This document shows positions 14,928 through 31,775 of a stretch of 64,000 nt of DNA, in pieces. Within the stretch, counting starts at the first letter, position 1. The number at the start of each line of letters is the position of its first letter. Made by a program: the position numbers and the translations under genes. The notes beneath the pieces were generated by a model, which saw only the letters and a list, made by a program, of their open reading frames with translations, was not told the DNA's origin and ran no database searches. The stretch comes from the human T2T-CHM13v2.0 reference genome, Homo sapiens. The DNA lies in the NCBI RefSeq assembly GCF_009914755.1, contig NC_060926.1; one strand, 5' to 3'.

Positions 14928-15172
14928 TTTTTTTTTTTTAAGAGAGAGGGTCTCACTCTGTTGCCCAGGCTAGAGTGCAGTGACATGATCGTAGCTCACT
15001 GCATCTTCAAACTCTTGGGATCCTGCTTAAGTCTCCTGAGTGGCTAGGACTACAGGCATGTGCCACCACTCCTGACTAACATTTTTTATTTTTTGTAGAG
15101 ACTGAGTCTCGCTGTGTTGCCCAGGCTGGTCTTCAGCTCCTGGCCTCTAGCAGTCCACCTGCCTCAGCCTCT
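14928..15172 (-). mobile_element. AluJ-like, truncated
   Basis: Antisense Alu sequence after poly(T). Confidence 0.88.
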
Positions 15173-17044
15173 TCATTCTTGAAAGTGCTGTAGCATCTAC
15201 CACAATATGCCATAGCATCTTGTATGTAGCCCTGAGTCAGTAAAAGTTTTATAATTCAATAAGCATTGATAAATCTATCTTCTGGCATCCTCAAAAGGTA
15301 TTGTTGGTGATCAAGGCATAATTTTGTCAAAATAATTATTATCTACTTGCTTCTCTAACTCAATTACAACAGGAAAAAATTTTCTATCTCTCTCTCTTTT
15401 TTTTTTCTTTTTGGTTAAAAGTTCCACTTCCTATATGTAACACTGGATTTTCAAAGTATTGGCTGAATTCTTAACTAATGTACCCATGTGAAATACCATT
15501 TAAAAATACATATATGCATCAAGTTATGTTCAATAACTTTTTTACCTATGCATTTTTCATTTTTATATGACTTACTTTTCAAAAGTTTGTTATGCCATTT
15601 TTGGTAGTCAAGAAAGATTTCCTATTGGAGATAATATGTAAGTATAAGATTCTCAGACATGTTTATAAAATCTTTTTAACTCATATTGTTTACAGTGATA
15701 ATATAATAGAAAGATAAATGCCTTTCAAGAGACCTGTATACTAATCCCAGTAACACCTTTTATTGATTTTATGACAATGGCCAAGTCCTCTCTGAGGCAT
15801 CTTTTTCTCATAACAATATATACTTACATAGCATATATAGTTATATGAAAAAGAGAAAATTTTATTTCAAACTCTGGAGCCAGAATCCTTTTTAGAATAA
15901 GAACATTTTAAACTTAAGTTTTTCATTCAAAATTTTGAGTCTTGCAATGTAAGTTCCAAACATGGTCTGAAAAAAAAAGGCCAAAACAAAGAGAAGTCTT
16001 AGTTGCTCAGTATGAAATCTGAGAAAGATGTAGACATGACATTGGCCCAGAAGGAAGACACAGGGGCCTAGGAATGAGGACAACAAAGAAAAGAAGGTCT
16101 GGTGGCAAGGAGTGCACACAACACAATGACAGGCCAGGAGGCTGAGAAGGAGATACAGTCAACGCAATGTTCCCATGGTAGGAATGGCTGAGGGCTGTAA
16201 ATATGTCTACTATTCAACCGTAAGTGGTTAGCTGGCCTCCGCTGCATTACTCTGAAATATTACCCTCCACCATCACCATCAGACTTTCTACAGAATTCTG
16301 TTACATGCAACCACCATGCATTCAGGTTCCTTTGTGGAATAAATGTAAAAGGGGCCATATTCCATTTTTTCAGTTTGGATGAAGTATGTGCAAGGTTGAG
16401 TAAATAAACCGGATGCAGAAGGTGAGGTGCCAGTGAGATTGGGAACTTAATTTTGGCTTAAGCCCCTTTGAGAATTCTTGGAACACTGGCAAGAATCCTG
16501 GCAATAGTGGGAATTATGTACAGCCCACACGCAATCTCAGATGTGCAAGTAACATCACATTATTTACACTAAAATCAATTTGATCTGACTCAGTATCCTT
16601 ATTATTCCTGCATGACCCCATACATTTCTGTGGGTTTGCTCCTTCCAAGCAGAGAAATATCTGCTCAATCTGGAAGCCCCTGCATTTAGGGTTTTGTGTC
16701 CATAGCCTGCTACCTTGCTATCACATTTGACAATGAGACATGTGTCCCAGAGGAGAAGAGATATTGAAGGCAGTGAAAGAGAAAAGCAAGGTCAAAAATG
16801 TTGATGCCAGAGCAGCTTCTTTTTTTTTCCACTGCACTTGGCACACTAATTCTATGATGATTAAATTAATGAATAAATGAATTCCTAATATTAAAAACAG
16901 AAAAATTTGGTTCAGAGTGGAGCAGTAACGGAGAAAAAGTTTCACCATTTATTTTTGCAGCTATGGCAATACAAAGTTGGAAGAGACTTTAGAATCTATC
17001 AAATCTGATTCTTTAACCTCGGTATCAATACCATCTATAACTAT

Positions 17045-17230
17045 GCTGTCCAATTTGGAAGCCATTAGATACATGTGACAATGAAAAATATTTTTAAGTT
17101 GAAATTTAATTTTTCCATCATACTAGTCACATTTCAAGAGCTCAAGAGCCACATATGGGTAATGCAAGTGTTCAGACAATATAAATATCGAACATTTTCA
17201 TCATTGAAGAAAGTTATAGTAGACAACACA
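17045..17230. mobile_element. MER3/MER33-like DNA transposon
   Basis: tgctgtccaat...actagtcacatttcaagagctcaagagccacat...gaaagttatagtagaca. Confidence 0.65.
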
Positions 17231-18159
17231 TATTTATTACATCCCTATCAAATGATCATCTAGCCTTAGTTTTCATTCTTCTTAATAAATGTCCTTTACT
17301 ACTGCATTTCAGGTCAGCCATATTGTTAGGTTGTCCTTGAAGTTTCTTCCATATATTTATCCTTGATATTTTAGACACGTGAACAAGATTTATTCTGTAT
17401 AGAGAGTACTTCATTAAAGTAACTGTTTAGAAATTTTCTTAATAATAAAGATAGTCTAAACTGAAATAGTTAGAACAACTAGACAGAATAAAAAAGTTTT
17501 TTAAGGACTCTCTTATAACCAAAGAATAGAATTAATTCATGTAACCATCTCCATACTAGTAATTTAGTCAAAACTCAGAAGAAAAGAAATCCAACTGTAG
17601 AATGGTTTATGCTTCACAAAATGCTGAAATGCATAAAACCTTTAATTTTTTGTCTCTATGTGCTAAATCTAATGCTATTATGCAATTAAGAGTTCTGTAT
17701 CTAACATCTTAGTGAACATCATCATTTTCTATTAAACCCAAATATATCCATAAAGACTGAAAGGTGAAAATCTTTAGTCTTCAAGTTTTAGAGGAAGTAA
17801 AGGTGGAGATTTTAGAAAACCTCCCAGAAGGAACAAAATTAGTGATGGCACCAGACCATCTGAAAATTAGAGTATTGCTCACAATGACTTAATTCATACT
17901 TGTTTTATTAATGTCAACAATTGGAGGAGCTTCCATGGAGCATATAAACTTTTAAAGACCCAAAACAGTGAACTGACTCATCTTTCTGTACATAATAATA
18001 ACCTTGTATCATCAAGAAAACTACCTGACAATGTTTCTCTTTTAGCTACTCTTCTCTTTTAGAGTGGTCAGTATATTTAGCATAATTTCTATCCAAATAG
18101 GTTAAGAATAAAAATTTTTGGCACTCAAAATTTAAATCTCTGTTTGAGGAATTAAGGTG

Positions 18160-18660
18160 AGTATATCAGCTAAGATTAGGTTAGTCAAGGTATAACCGAA
18201 AATCCAAGTCATAACAGCTTAACAAAGATAAAGGTATATTTTTCTACTGCATAATACAGGTTTACAGTTCAAAACTGTTATGATGGGTCCATGGTTATGA
18301 GAAACACAAACTTTCTGTTCTATAATTCTTAGTTCATGACCTATATTACCAAGTATAGCTTCATGTCCACAATGTGGCTTCTGCAGTTCTGACTATCACA
18401 TCCATGTCTTAGGCAGCAGTTATACAGAAATTGAAGAACAAAAAAGGTTCCTTGTGATAGTTAAGATAGCCCCCACAAAAGAACTTTCCTACAAGCTCCA
18501 CCTGACAACTTCTACTGACATATCTTGTCCATCTGTAGGAAGCTGGAAATGGTTTCTTTTTTTCCAGCTAGACCACTGTTGCCACCACACAATATAGGGG
18601 TTTTATTACCAAACAAGAAGCAGGCAATGAATATTGGATAGCTAGCTAGCAGTCTCTGTC
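18160..18660 (-). mobile_element. Old ERVL/MaLR LTR (LTR33/MLT1-like)
   Basis: acagcttaacaaagataaaggtatattt...tggatagctagctagcagtctctg. Confidence 0.5.
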
Positions 18661-18778
18661 TGAATAAATGAATTATCCTTTCTTTGTGCTAAACTTACAT
18701 TGTTGCACAGGCCATACTGTATATACTTACTTATACTGAAAACAGAATTGTGTAGCAATAGAGAGCATAGGATGTAAT

Positions 18779-18910
18779 TAGGGTGATCCTATGTTCCAAT
18801 TTGCCCTGGAGAGTTCCAGTATATAGCTGTTGTATCAATATAGTTATTATTAGTGTTTCTATTACTCTCTAAAGTGTCTCAGTTTGACAATAAATTGCAT
18901 GGTCACCTTT
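18779..18910. mobile_element. hAT-Blackjack MITE (MER94/MER81-like)
   Basis: Termini TAGGGTGA...ATGGTCACCTT. Confidence 0.65.
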
Positions 18911-18990
18911 GCTATTATAAACTGGCTAGAACATCTCTAATACTTCCTAGCTCTGTGACCTTAGCAAATTACTAACTTTTATAAACTCAT

Positions 18991-19590
18991 TGTATTAGTT
19001 ATCTATTGCTGAATAACAAATTTTAAACCCCAAACATATTGGCTCAAAACAACAAACATTATCTCAGTTTCCATGGGTCAGTAATTAAAGAGCTACTTAG
19101 ATGGATGGTCCTGGCTCAGGGTCTCACTTGAGATTGAGGCTGGCAGGAGCTGCTATCATCTAAGGGCCTAATTGGGAGGCAGGATCCACTCTGAAAATTG
19201 TTCGCTCACATGGTGGTTGGGAAGAGGCCTCAGGTCCTCACCATGTGGGTTTCTCTATAAGGCAGCTTGTGTGTCCTCATAACATGGCAGCTGGCTTCCC
19301 CTCCAAGAGAGAACAAAAGGAAGCTTCAGTGTCTTTTATGCCCTAGTCAACAAAGTCCCACAGTCACTTTCTCTTTATTCTATTCACTAAAAGCAGTTTA
19401 CTAAGTCCAGCTCACACTCCAGGGGGGACTATAGGCACATGGCAACATGCCTGGGTAATTTTTTTATTTTTTGTAGAGATGGGGATTTGCCATATTGACC
19501 AGGCTGGTCTCAAACTCCTTGGCTCAAGCAATCTGCCCACCTTGGCCTCCCAAAGGGCTGGATTACAGGTGTGAGCCAACACACCCGGTC
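18991..19590 (-). mobile_element. MLT1 LTR fused directly to the left half of an antisense Alu
   Basis: tgtattagttatctattgctg... MLT1 to ~19425, then gggactataggcac...ggattacaggtgtgagcc. Confidence 0.75.
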
Positions 19591-19854
19591 ATGATTTCTA
19601 TTTTGGTGCTTTGAATCTCAGTTTTATATATCTTCTATCATAGATTGTATCAACTCTGAAAGATAAGTTTGAAAAAGGAGTCTTATGGAAATAGGACCAC
19701 AAGGAAGGTGCTCAATAAATGTATAACTCCAGGTGGAAATACGACTGGATATTTAAAATGTAAGTTTGACTCTAGTAGAAACAATAAGTTTTAATATATA
19801 TTTATGACATATATATGTATATGTATACATATATGTATACAGAGATAGCAAGAG

Positions 19855-20090
19855 AGAGACAGAGTATTGCTCTATTGCCTAGGCTGGAGTGCAGTGATGT
19901 GATCACAGTTCACTGTAACCTCAAGCTTCTGGGCTCAAGTGATCCTCCTGCCTCAGCCTCCCAAGTTTGTAGAAATGGGGTCTCGTTATGTTGCCCTGGC
20001 TGGTCTCAAACATTTGGCCTCATGCCATCCTCTTGTCATGGCTTCCTAGAGTGTTGTGATTACATGCATGATCTTCCTTGCTTGGCCAAT
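19855..20090 (-). mobile_element. AluJ-like with internal deletion
   Basis: Antisense Alu; cctcccaag joins directly to tttgtagaaatgggg. Confidence 0.8.
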
Positions 20091-20160
20091 GTATGTTTTC
20101 TTAATCTACTCATTAACTTTCTCTTCACACTTGAATTTATATAGTGATGTCATTGAGCTC

Positions 20161-20550
20161 TTGCTATGCTGCCCAGGCTGGTCTCAATCTCCTGGGCTCA
20201 GGTGATCCCCCCACTTCAACCTTGCAAAGAACTGGAAATATGTTAGTTATTATTAAGTCTCTGGACAATGGAATTAATTTCTAAGGTCCTGTAAGCTCCG
20301 AGAATACAAAGACAGTAAGGTATGGTTCCCAATGAGTCTTCCTAGGAGACATGGGTTTTTGCTATGCTGCCCAGGCTGGTCCCAGTCTCCTGGGCTCAGG
20401 TGATTCTCCCACTTCAGCCTTGCAAAACAGTGGGGATATGTTAGTTATTATTAAGTTCGTGGACAATGGAATTAATTCCTAAGGTCTGTAAGCTCTGAGG
20501 ATACAAAGACAATAAGGTGTAGTTCCTAAGAGAAGTCTTTCTTGGAGACA
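20161..20550 (+). repeat. Tandem duplication, 2 x ~198 bp
   Basis: Copies start ttgctatgctgcccaggctggt at 20161 and 20359 and share atatgttagttattattaag...ggacaatggaattaatt...ggagaca. Confidence 0.93.
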
Positions 20551-21315
20551 GGCTGACGCCTAATACAAGCAATGAAAGAAGAATAGGAAACAGCCACTTT
20601 AAGGACATTGTGTATGTTTGTATATAACAGAAGGATGGAGGCTTGTGGAAAATGGTTACAGGCAGAACTAATGTTGCCCAGGAAGATGGAGCCCTTTGAG
20701 CAAAGATAGCACTCTGGAGAAAAGTTAAGTTATTTAATATGGCTAAAGCTCCTTTGTGAGGTGGGAAGTGTTAAGAAATGAGAGTTGAGAGCATGACAAT
20801 GCATAAGATCACCCTGAGGAGAACTGCAGTGATTCAAGAACAGACTTAGGGAATCCTAGCATTGAATGGGGTAGTTTAGGAAACATGGCCCAGAAAGGTA
20901 ACAAGTTTACTGCCTGCCTTCTCTTCTTTCCCATTCACCCAAAGAGCAGAAGTGCTGGCCAGAATCTTTTCTGATACAGATCAGATAGGAAAGGGCAGCA
21001 CTGGGAGTGGAAGTGGTTATGGGGGTGAAGAGAGAACAAGTCAGTCTCCCTAATAAACAGCCAAGAGAGGAGTGACAGGAGTGAGTTAGACAAGCAAACA
21101 GCAACAAAAATTCCAGGGCAGGGTTTAGTGGGTTAAAGTCTCCAGAGAAATTGAGAGTAGAAGAAGCAGATTTCTGAAGTTCCCATGGGTTATTAACTGA
21201 ATCTCCTTTGAGGTTCTTTGAGAGAGATAAAATTTGAAATTCCTCTTAAATTATGGACTAAGTTCCTTTGTTTGCAGAGACAGAGCTGCGTGAAGCCCTG
21301 GTTTGATTATGGTTA

Positions 21316-21690
<375 letters not shown>

Positions 21691-22153
21691 ATTTTACAGA
21701 AACCACTGGAATCAAGATTTTTACTAAAGTATAGGGTAGTAGAGGATAAAATTCAAAGTACAAATTCTTTTTACTATCTAATATTTTATTTTCTAAGAAA
21801 AGGATTATATTCAATGAATACTTAATGTATACACAGAAGTTCTCCTTTTAAGTTGGAAAACTGTTATAATGTAGTTCAAAGAGTAGTGTCATGGGGGTAG
21901 GGGAGGGGCACCACCATTCTTTCGTAGACTAAAACATTCTTTTCTCTGTCCCATGCACATAGTACCAGGTGCAATGTGGATTTTGAATCAGCACTAGCTG
22001 AATTGACATGTTCTACAATACAATTTGCAAGGCACTGTGTGAGTGGCTGCTCGAGCATGGTCACACAAAGAGATGCCTGCATTTATAACCCCAAGTTTCT
22101 AAAGCCACTGGGTTAGTCTGCTTCATAGTTTCCTAATTGAAATGTATGTTTGC

Positions 22154-22823
<670 letters not shown>

Positions 22824-23306
22824 TAAAGAATGGCTCAACAGTAAGTGCTTTCAGTAAGTTGTAGCCCTATTTGGGGGTGTGTTGTTCACCCAAGTTTTGG
22901 TGGGTGTACATGTGTTGTCATTTCGTGGGCTTCTTCTTTTCCCTGGTCCTCTCACATTTCTTCACTCCACCTTGGTCTGTCGGACCCCTGTCCTGCGATC
23001 AGAAGTTGAGGAGTGGGAGACTTACTGGATCTAGCCAGAGTTTAAACTCTTCTGTCTTCCTTACCTGGATGGATTTCCAGGTAGACTGGTTGTCATGTTT
23101 TTAAGATATAAAAGACCCTTTGGGTTTATGCATACATATCAATAGCCTCTTTGGTGTATTAGGAAAGAAGGTGAGAAATAAGCTGTATTTGCATTTATGT
23201 GTAAGGATTTGTGTAGGATTTCCTCTCTCAATCAGTAATTTCTTTCAGGCAGATGCTAGACCATGCCTTGTAAAACATGCCAAAGGTTTTGCTGCATATC
23301 TTTTAG

Positions 23307-23918
<612 letters not shown>

Positions 23919-24739
23919 AATAAATATTACAAATTCGAATTAGGCATTTCACTTTCATTTATATACATATCCTTTCACAGGATTATTTGATAGTTATTAA
24001 TGTATATTATGATTGAGTTTTAATAGTTACTTTGGGAAAACAGAAATTACTGTTCCAGTACTTACTTGTAAGTTGTAAGTCCACACAATGCACTTAAACT
24101 TCACCTTGTTCAACAGATTCTGTAGCACATGAAACACTTGAAATATGGAAGAGTCACTTCTCTGGGCACTTTGCTCATTTCGTCTGCTATTCATTCACTG
24201 ATTGGACATTTTATTGATCGACTACTATCTGCTTGGCAAGGTGCTAGAAATAAGAACACTAAGAAAAAGGTCAAGGTTCCTGTCCTCAAGGCCCTCTCTC
24301 TCAGTCCAGTGTTGTCAAGGCTTGATGAAACACACCAGTGGCAAACAAGCACGCGGGGCCTTATTTCACCGGTGTGCGGTCCTTCTTCCAGCTCTGAAAT
24401 TATGTCTATCCAAACATCCTAAATCAACAAATCAGTGTTTCTAAATCATACAACCGCAGCTAACAAACTGGGAATAAGGCTTCGATTATTCTGACTTGAT
24501 TTAAAACGATCACTGCCAATTCTTTGCCCTGCGAATCCTTTCTTTGACTACTAAGTTAAGCTTTACATACCTCACTTGCAAGAGGCTATGCTGGCTTTCT
24601 GGAAATCCGTAATTAAGTTCAGTGTTTGTGGAATGGAGTGTAATTAACGACCATTAATTAACAGGGTTTCGTTCGTGAGAGCCTGCCAGGCTAAGCAGCA
24701 GAAACACGAGAAACTGATAAAAAGCTTTCCTCATTTTTA

Positions 24740-25700
<961 letters not shown>

Positions 25701-27231
25701 TGTCTGTCTCACCCATCCTACCTCTCAGAGTGGTTTATATCCTGGGTGGAGGAAATATTTGGGGAAATGAACTCCCTTTGGTACCCATCACCCAGTTACA
25801 CCCCGCTTCTCACCTCTTAAAATTGGTTAGGGGCAGCGGGAGAGCTTTGAAGCAGACCTGTGCTTAAAAATCGGGGAAAGTGGGAAATCAACAAAGGCTG
25901 GTCTTGCCGGACTCCCCGCCTCCTGTGCCAGTGTCGAGGATTTGGTCAATATCATCCCCGAACTTCTTTTTCTCCTCTACCAGTTAGGCTTCTTGGTAGC
26001 CTTTTTCTGCTTTACAGGCTTAACGCCCGTCCTTTTCAGTCTCCCTAAACAAGCCCTCCCCCACTCTTTCCGCCTCTGTCTGATTCTGTTTCTCCTTACT
26101 CCTTTTGCAGACATTCTGATGACTTAAAATGACCATACTGTCCTATTGAATTCATTGTGTCTTATCTCTGGGACTGTCAGACATTTGCACATTTGAGGTT
26201 GAACAGATGAATTGAATGTGTCATCTGTTCTTTTTATAGTGATTCACTATTTAGGTCATTGTTCAGAAGGAACAAGGGTGTTTGCTGAGTTTTCACTCGC
26301 TGCAGGTCATTTGAATACTGCAGTATTTAATAATTCAGTTATGTTTTCAAGTTGCCAACGTTCCGCGTTGCAAGGGCCGTCAGGATTTATAACAGTTATT
26401 GCCATTATTGTGTTAGAAATTGTCTCCGACTTTACTGAATGCTGACATCATTCTCACCACCCCACCCCCGTGTTAGCGTTAGGAGTACTGTTTTAATGAA
26501 TGTTGACTGTTTTTTTAATGATGTTTAAATCTTGTTTTCAAGAGAGAAACTGTTCTTAGGGTGCCTTCTAAACGCTTAGACCTTGTAACAACATATTTTT
26601 GTTTCCATATTTTCTGTATAAGATATCCCTTCGGGGTGAAGTGGAGGAAAATTTTGACGGTTAGTACGTGGATAGGACCATCTTCTACTACACACATGCC
26701 TAATTTGAGGGTGGTCTCAATGGTTTTCTATGACTGTTAGGACACTCAGCAGAATTTAGTCTTAGTGTTTTTCTGAATGTTACTGAGTATCATTCATTTT
26801 GGTAACAACCTTTGCAGCAATACATAGATTAGATGCAGTTAATGGAAACTTTGTTAGTGGAGACATTATTTTATGTAGCAAGCTTAGTTTTATTTGTTGT
26901 TAGCAGTTACAGTGCTTTCTGTGAGACCTGGAGCACAGATTTTCCAACATGATAAAAATAATCATTATTTAGGCAACATTTACCAATTTCACATTCCATT
27001 TAGTCATTTTAGTCAGCATTATCTTTTTATTTATTGTTTTTAACCACAGGGGTGAATACCAAACGTTATCTTTAAACATTTTTGTTTCCAGATACTTTCA
27101 AGTGTATACCTTCATGAGACAGAACATTTTAGTTGCTCCCAAGGGTTCAATGTGAGATATAATTTGTAGAGAAATTCTAATGATTTTGAAAATATATGTC
27201 TTCAGTCAAAAATTAGCATTTAAATACTTCA

Positions 27232-27580
<349 letters not shown>

Positions 27581-30504
27581 TTACTGTTAATTCTTCAGCA
27601 GTGCTCTGAGTTTAGTGTAAGATAAATGAGAGGCTGATAAACTTTAAGTGTTTTTTTTTTTCCATGAAAAATGCAGTGATGTTGAACTCTTCATGATATT
27701 TGCTACTGCTGATTACAAACCAGGGTGACTAATCTTTGGCCAGTCATTATAATCAATGAATGTGTTATGACCTCACAGGTTTACATGACTTCACTCATAG
27801 ACCTTTAATGATAAAGTAAAATTGAACTTGGGTTTGGTTGCATATAATATTTTGAAATATTCATCAGCAACTTTGTTACCGATAGACTACAGAGCTCTAG
27901 GTATAGGTAACTTAAAAAATGGAAACCAACCTTGAGTTTTTTTCTTTTTTCTTTTTAAACAAAACGTATATAAACACAGGTTTTTACTTACTGAGCTTTT
28001 CAGATTTAACAAAAATTTATGTAAAATTTTGCTGAATTTTCTAGAAGGGCACTTTAAATTTAACAAGCATTGGAATCCAAGGTACTTGGGATGCCATTTC
28101 CAATATTACCAGTTGGATTTATTGTTATTTGGTATTACCATAAACTTTTAAAAGAAAAAAAGCCACATAATGAAAAAGTATTTGTCAATTCAAGAGCGCC
28201 TTTCTTCTGAGGGGAGAAGGATTTGTGAGGAGCAGTGGTTGTGACGTCCACTCCTGTTGCTTTTTCCAGTTTTGGTGTCCACATACCTTGGGGAAGCTGT
28301 AGAATTATTTTATGCCTAATTTTTCTCTTTATAGAAAATTATTATTGAATTATCTGCATAGTTCATAGTTTTGTTGTGAAAATTAATGAATCAATATTTA
28401 TTAAAGGGAAGGACAAAGTACTAAGCAAAATGTTAAGGCGGCCCCTCAAAAAATCACTCCAGAAATGAGTCAGGTTCGAAGTAAAAATTCACAAATATAG
28501 TGATTTTCAAAATTATGAAAAAACATTCGCATTCTGTTTTTTTTTTCTATAAGCATTTATTTATGCTATGTTGTAAAACTTACATAAAATTTAAAGATTG
28601 TATGCAGGCTAATAATTAGAGTCATACTTTTCTTGTGGAGACTAATTGGAAAAATTAAAAATTACATCCTAGGTTTAATTATAATGATGACATCTTATTT
28701 TGGTAAACATATTTTATAATTTGCTAAGCACTTATATCTCATTTCATTCTATAGCCCACACCACCGGGGGGAAGTAAGGGGAAGCAGATATACTCATTCT
28801 TACAGATGAGGAGGAAATGGAGGCAGAACCGTTTGCAGTCTAGTTATTTGAGTAGGTTGGTGTTGAGTAGAGGGTAAGGAAGGGAAGGATCCGAAGACAG
28901 GGTGTAAAATTCAAATCCCACTTTTATTAATTCAAATATTGAATTTTTAAAGAAAATAACTGAACAATTTTAAAATTCATTCTTCAAATATATGTTATAC
29001 AGTTCTCATTTTATGTATTTCTTTATTTTAAAATAATGCTATAATGAATGACACTGGATTCTTGCCTTTCCCCCCATTAAACGCTAATGGAGCCTTATCT
29101 TACAGTTGGCAATGTGTAGATGTGTATGCCTTAGAAGCAGAAGGTCCTTCAATGGTTCTCAGTCCTAACTTCATGTTTGCAATATCTGGAAAGCCTTTTA
29201 AATAAAACTCTTGCCCTGGCTGTATCTTAAATCTAAAAGTAGATCTCTGACTTGATATTCCAGTGGCCTGGCCTGTGAATCATTTCTCGTTGACTAGCCT
29301 GTCTTAACTCAATTTGACTAAAAAGTCTTCACCAAGAGATGTTAGTTGCACCTCTGTTTCTATTAATGCTGGCATCATTTTCTCTGTCACCTTGGAAATA
29401 CTTTCATATTCCTCCCTCTCATGTTCTATTTTTCTGTGTTTCTCCTACTTCACCACCTTAATATCAGTCAGTGATTAGTCAACAGGCAGAAGCTCCTAGA
29501 AATTCTTCCTTTTTAAGGTTTTCTTGATTCCATCTCTGCTTTCTACTCCTTATTTCAGTGTAGTTATGACAAGCATAGTCAGTGGCACTCAGGTCCTCCC
29601 CCATCCCTCTGCCCATCATTTGGCTCTTAAACGTGCAGAACATCTTGTCTGTTTCTATTCATTTTATCTTTCTGTAACATCCTTTTTCATCCTGGTATTC
29701 TGTTGCAAAAATTTTCATAATAAAGCTTCCATTGCCAGCAAGAAAGTCCAAACCGCTTAACATGGATTAAGGTCACTTGCAATCTGTCCCAACCTGTGTG
29801 TATTTTTAAAACTTCATGTACCATTTCTACTCTTACCATTTTAACCCTTTTCACAACACTTTACAAAATGATGCCAGCTCATTTTTTATAAACTTCAGAG
29901 TAGCTCTGATTATATTGGCTGATTTTTCTCATCATAAATAATATACATGTATATTAGGGGACATAAAACTAGGCTATAATTTTGTTATTTAGAAAGCAAA
30001 TCCTATATTACTTCTGATTAAGGACATATGATGTTTCATAGAGCATTATGAAAGACAAGGGAAAATATGTGGAAATTGTAGTTACTGCTTCTGTTTTACA
30101 GTAGTTGTTGACTGGCATTTTTGTTTTTCTTTTGATTCAAAAAAGCATTTTTTAAAAAATGAAAAGTAAATCTGAAACTGGAATTGTAGCTTTGAAATAA
30201 CATTCAGTACTATTTCATACACATTTATTTCTATATACATGTATGATAGTTTTTCAGAAGTTCCTTTTGGTGAAGGCTCATTGGTCAACTCAGAGTCAGC
30301 TAAATATATTAAACATGCTTTATCTTAGAAAGGTCAGTGCTGAAAGCAGACAAACAAGTTAGTTTATTTGGAGGGTTTGAAAAATGGACTTGTCATTGTT
30401 TGGCAGGTTGCCCCTCCTTGGTTGTCAAGGTCACATTCCGTGAATCAACTGCCCTTCAAGTACAGTTTGGATAGGGAGTGCATCCAAAGGCCATCCTCCT
30501 GATT

Positions 30505-30680
30505 GGTTCCTCTGAGCCTCTTGTCTGTCTCCCTCTCACTGCCTCCTCTGATACCTCTCCCTCTGTATCGCTCTCTCTTTTTTCTTTTTCTGTCTCTTGT
30601 CCTTCCTCTCTTTTTCCTTTCCTCTATCTCTTTTCTTCCTTTCCATCCATCTTTCTGTCCTCTCTCCCAAACTCAATCCT
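30505..30680 (+). repeat. CT-rich polypyrimidine low-complexity tract
   Basis: ~175 nt dominated by C/T. Confidence 0.8.
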
Positions 30681-31527
30681 TTATATTTTAGCACTTCTTG
30701 GCATGGATGTAAACCTTAATTTTGAAGTCCCAGAGAGTTATTTAATGGCAGTGTTTCCAGTCATTAAAAAAAAAATGTTGAGGATGGGGATTCTGATGAT
30801 GTTCTTGGACATACTTTTTGGAGGGAAATGGAGTCTATCAGGAGAGAGTTGCGGGCATAGGAAATTAAGTCACTCAGCTTCAGATTTACACTGCTAATCA
30901 GTGAAAACTCTTGTCAACCTTACCTCACCCTGTGTATTCTCCCCACCTCGCCACCATTGATAAGAAATGTTTAAGCTGGCTTTTCTACCCTTCTTTCTCT
31001 TTTTCTTCTTCATTTGAGTTAATCACTTGACCATTAATGGCCCTTTGAAAACACTGAGGAAAGAAAAGCCCTTTTAAAGACAGAATTTAAGTTTTACATT
31101 TTCTACTCTTCTAGGGAATAACTTATTAATGGCATCAATTGTTTTCAGGACGAAGATGATAATTAAATCCCATCATCTTGTATTTTCGTGGTGTTTCAGA
31201 TTTTCTAAGTTTGCATTTATTTATTATCACCTTCAGAAAGTTTCTTTTTAAAGTAATTACAGTGGGCATTGTTATTGCCATTCGATAGAAGGGAACAGAG
31301 ATTCAAAGTTACTGCTTCAATTGATTTGCAGTGTTTGTAAATTTTAATTCCAAACTGTTTCCATTAGATAGTGCTGCTTAGATCACAAACATTTTTTTTC
31401 TGGTCTGTCAGTTCTCTTACCCTAATTAAGCTGTTGTACACTTTCATTAGTCATTCTTAGATGAAATTCAAGTAACAATTATTTTTATGGAGTGTTTTAT
31501 TAACTTTGTTTTTTGTAGTATGTGTTG

Positions 31528-31775
31528 CTTTTTTTTTTTTTTTGAGATGGAGTCTTGCTCTGTTGCCCAGGCTAGAGTGCAGTGGCACAATCTTGGCTTG
31601 CTGCAACCTTCGCCTCCTGGATTCAAGCAATTTCTGGCTAACTTTTGTATTTTTAGTAGAGATGGGGTTTCACCATGTTGGCCAGGCTGGTTTTGAACCC
31701 CTGACCTTAAGTGATCCTCCTGCCTTGGCCTCCCAAAGTGCTAGGATTACAGGCATGAGCCACCGTGCCTGGCCT
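31528..31775 (-). mobile_element. AluS with internal deletion
   Basis: ttcaagcaatt joins ctggctaa, skipping part of the right arm. Confidence 0.88.

Noticed and set aside
30478-30897. 139-aa hydrophobic Ser/Leu/Phe-rich ORF
   Set aside because: Product of a CT-rich low-complexity tract with no recognisable domain
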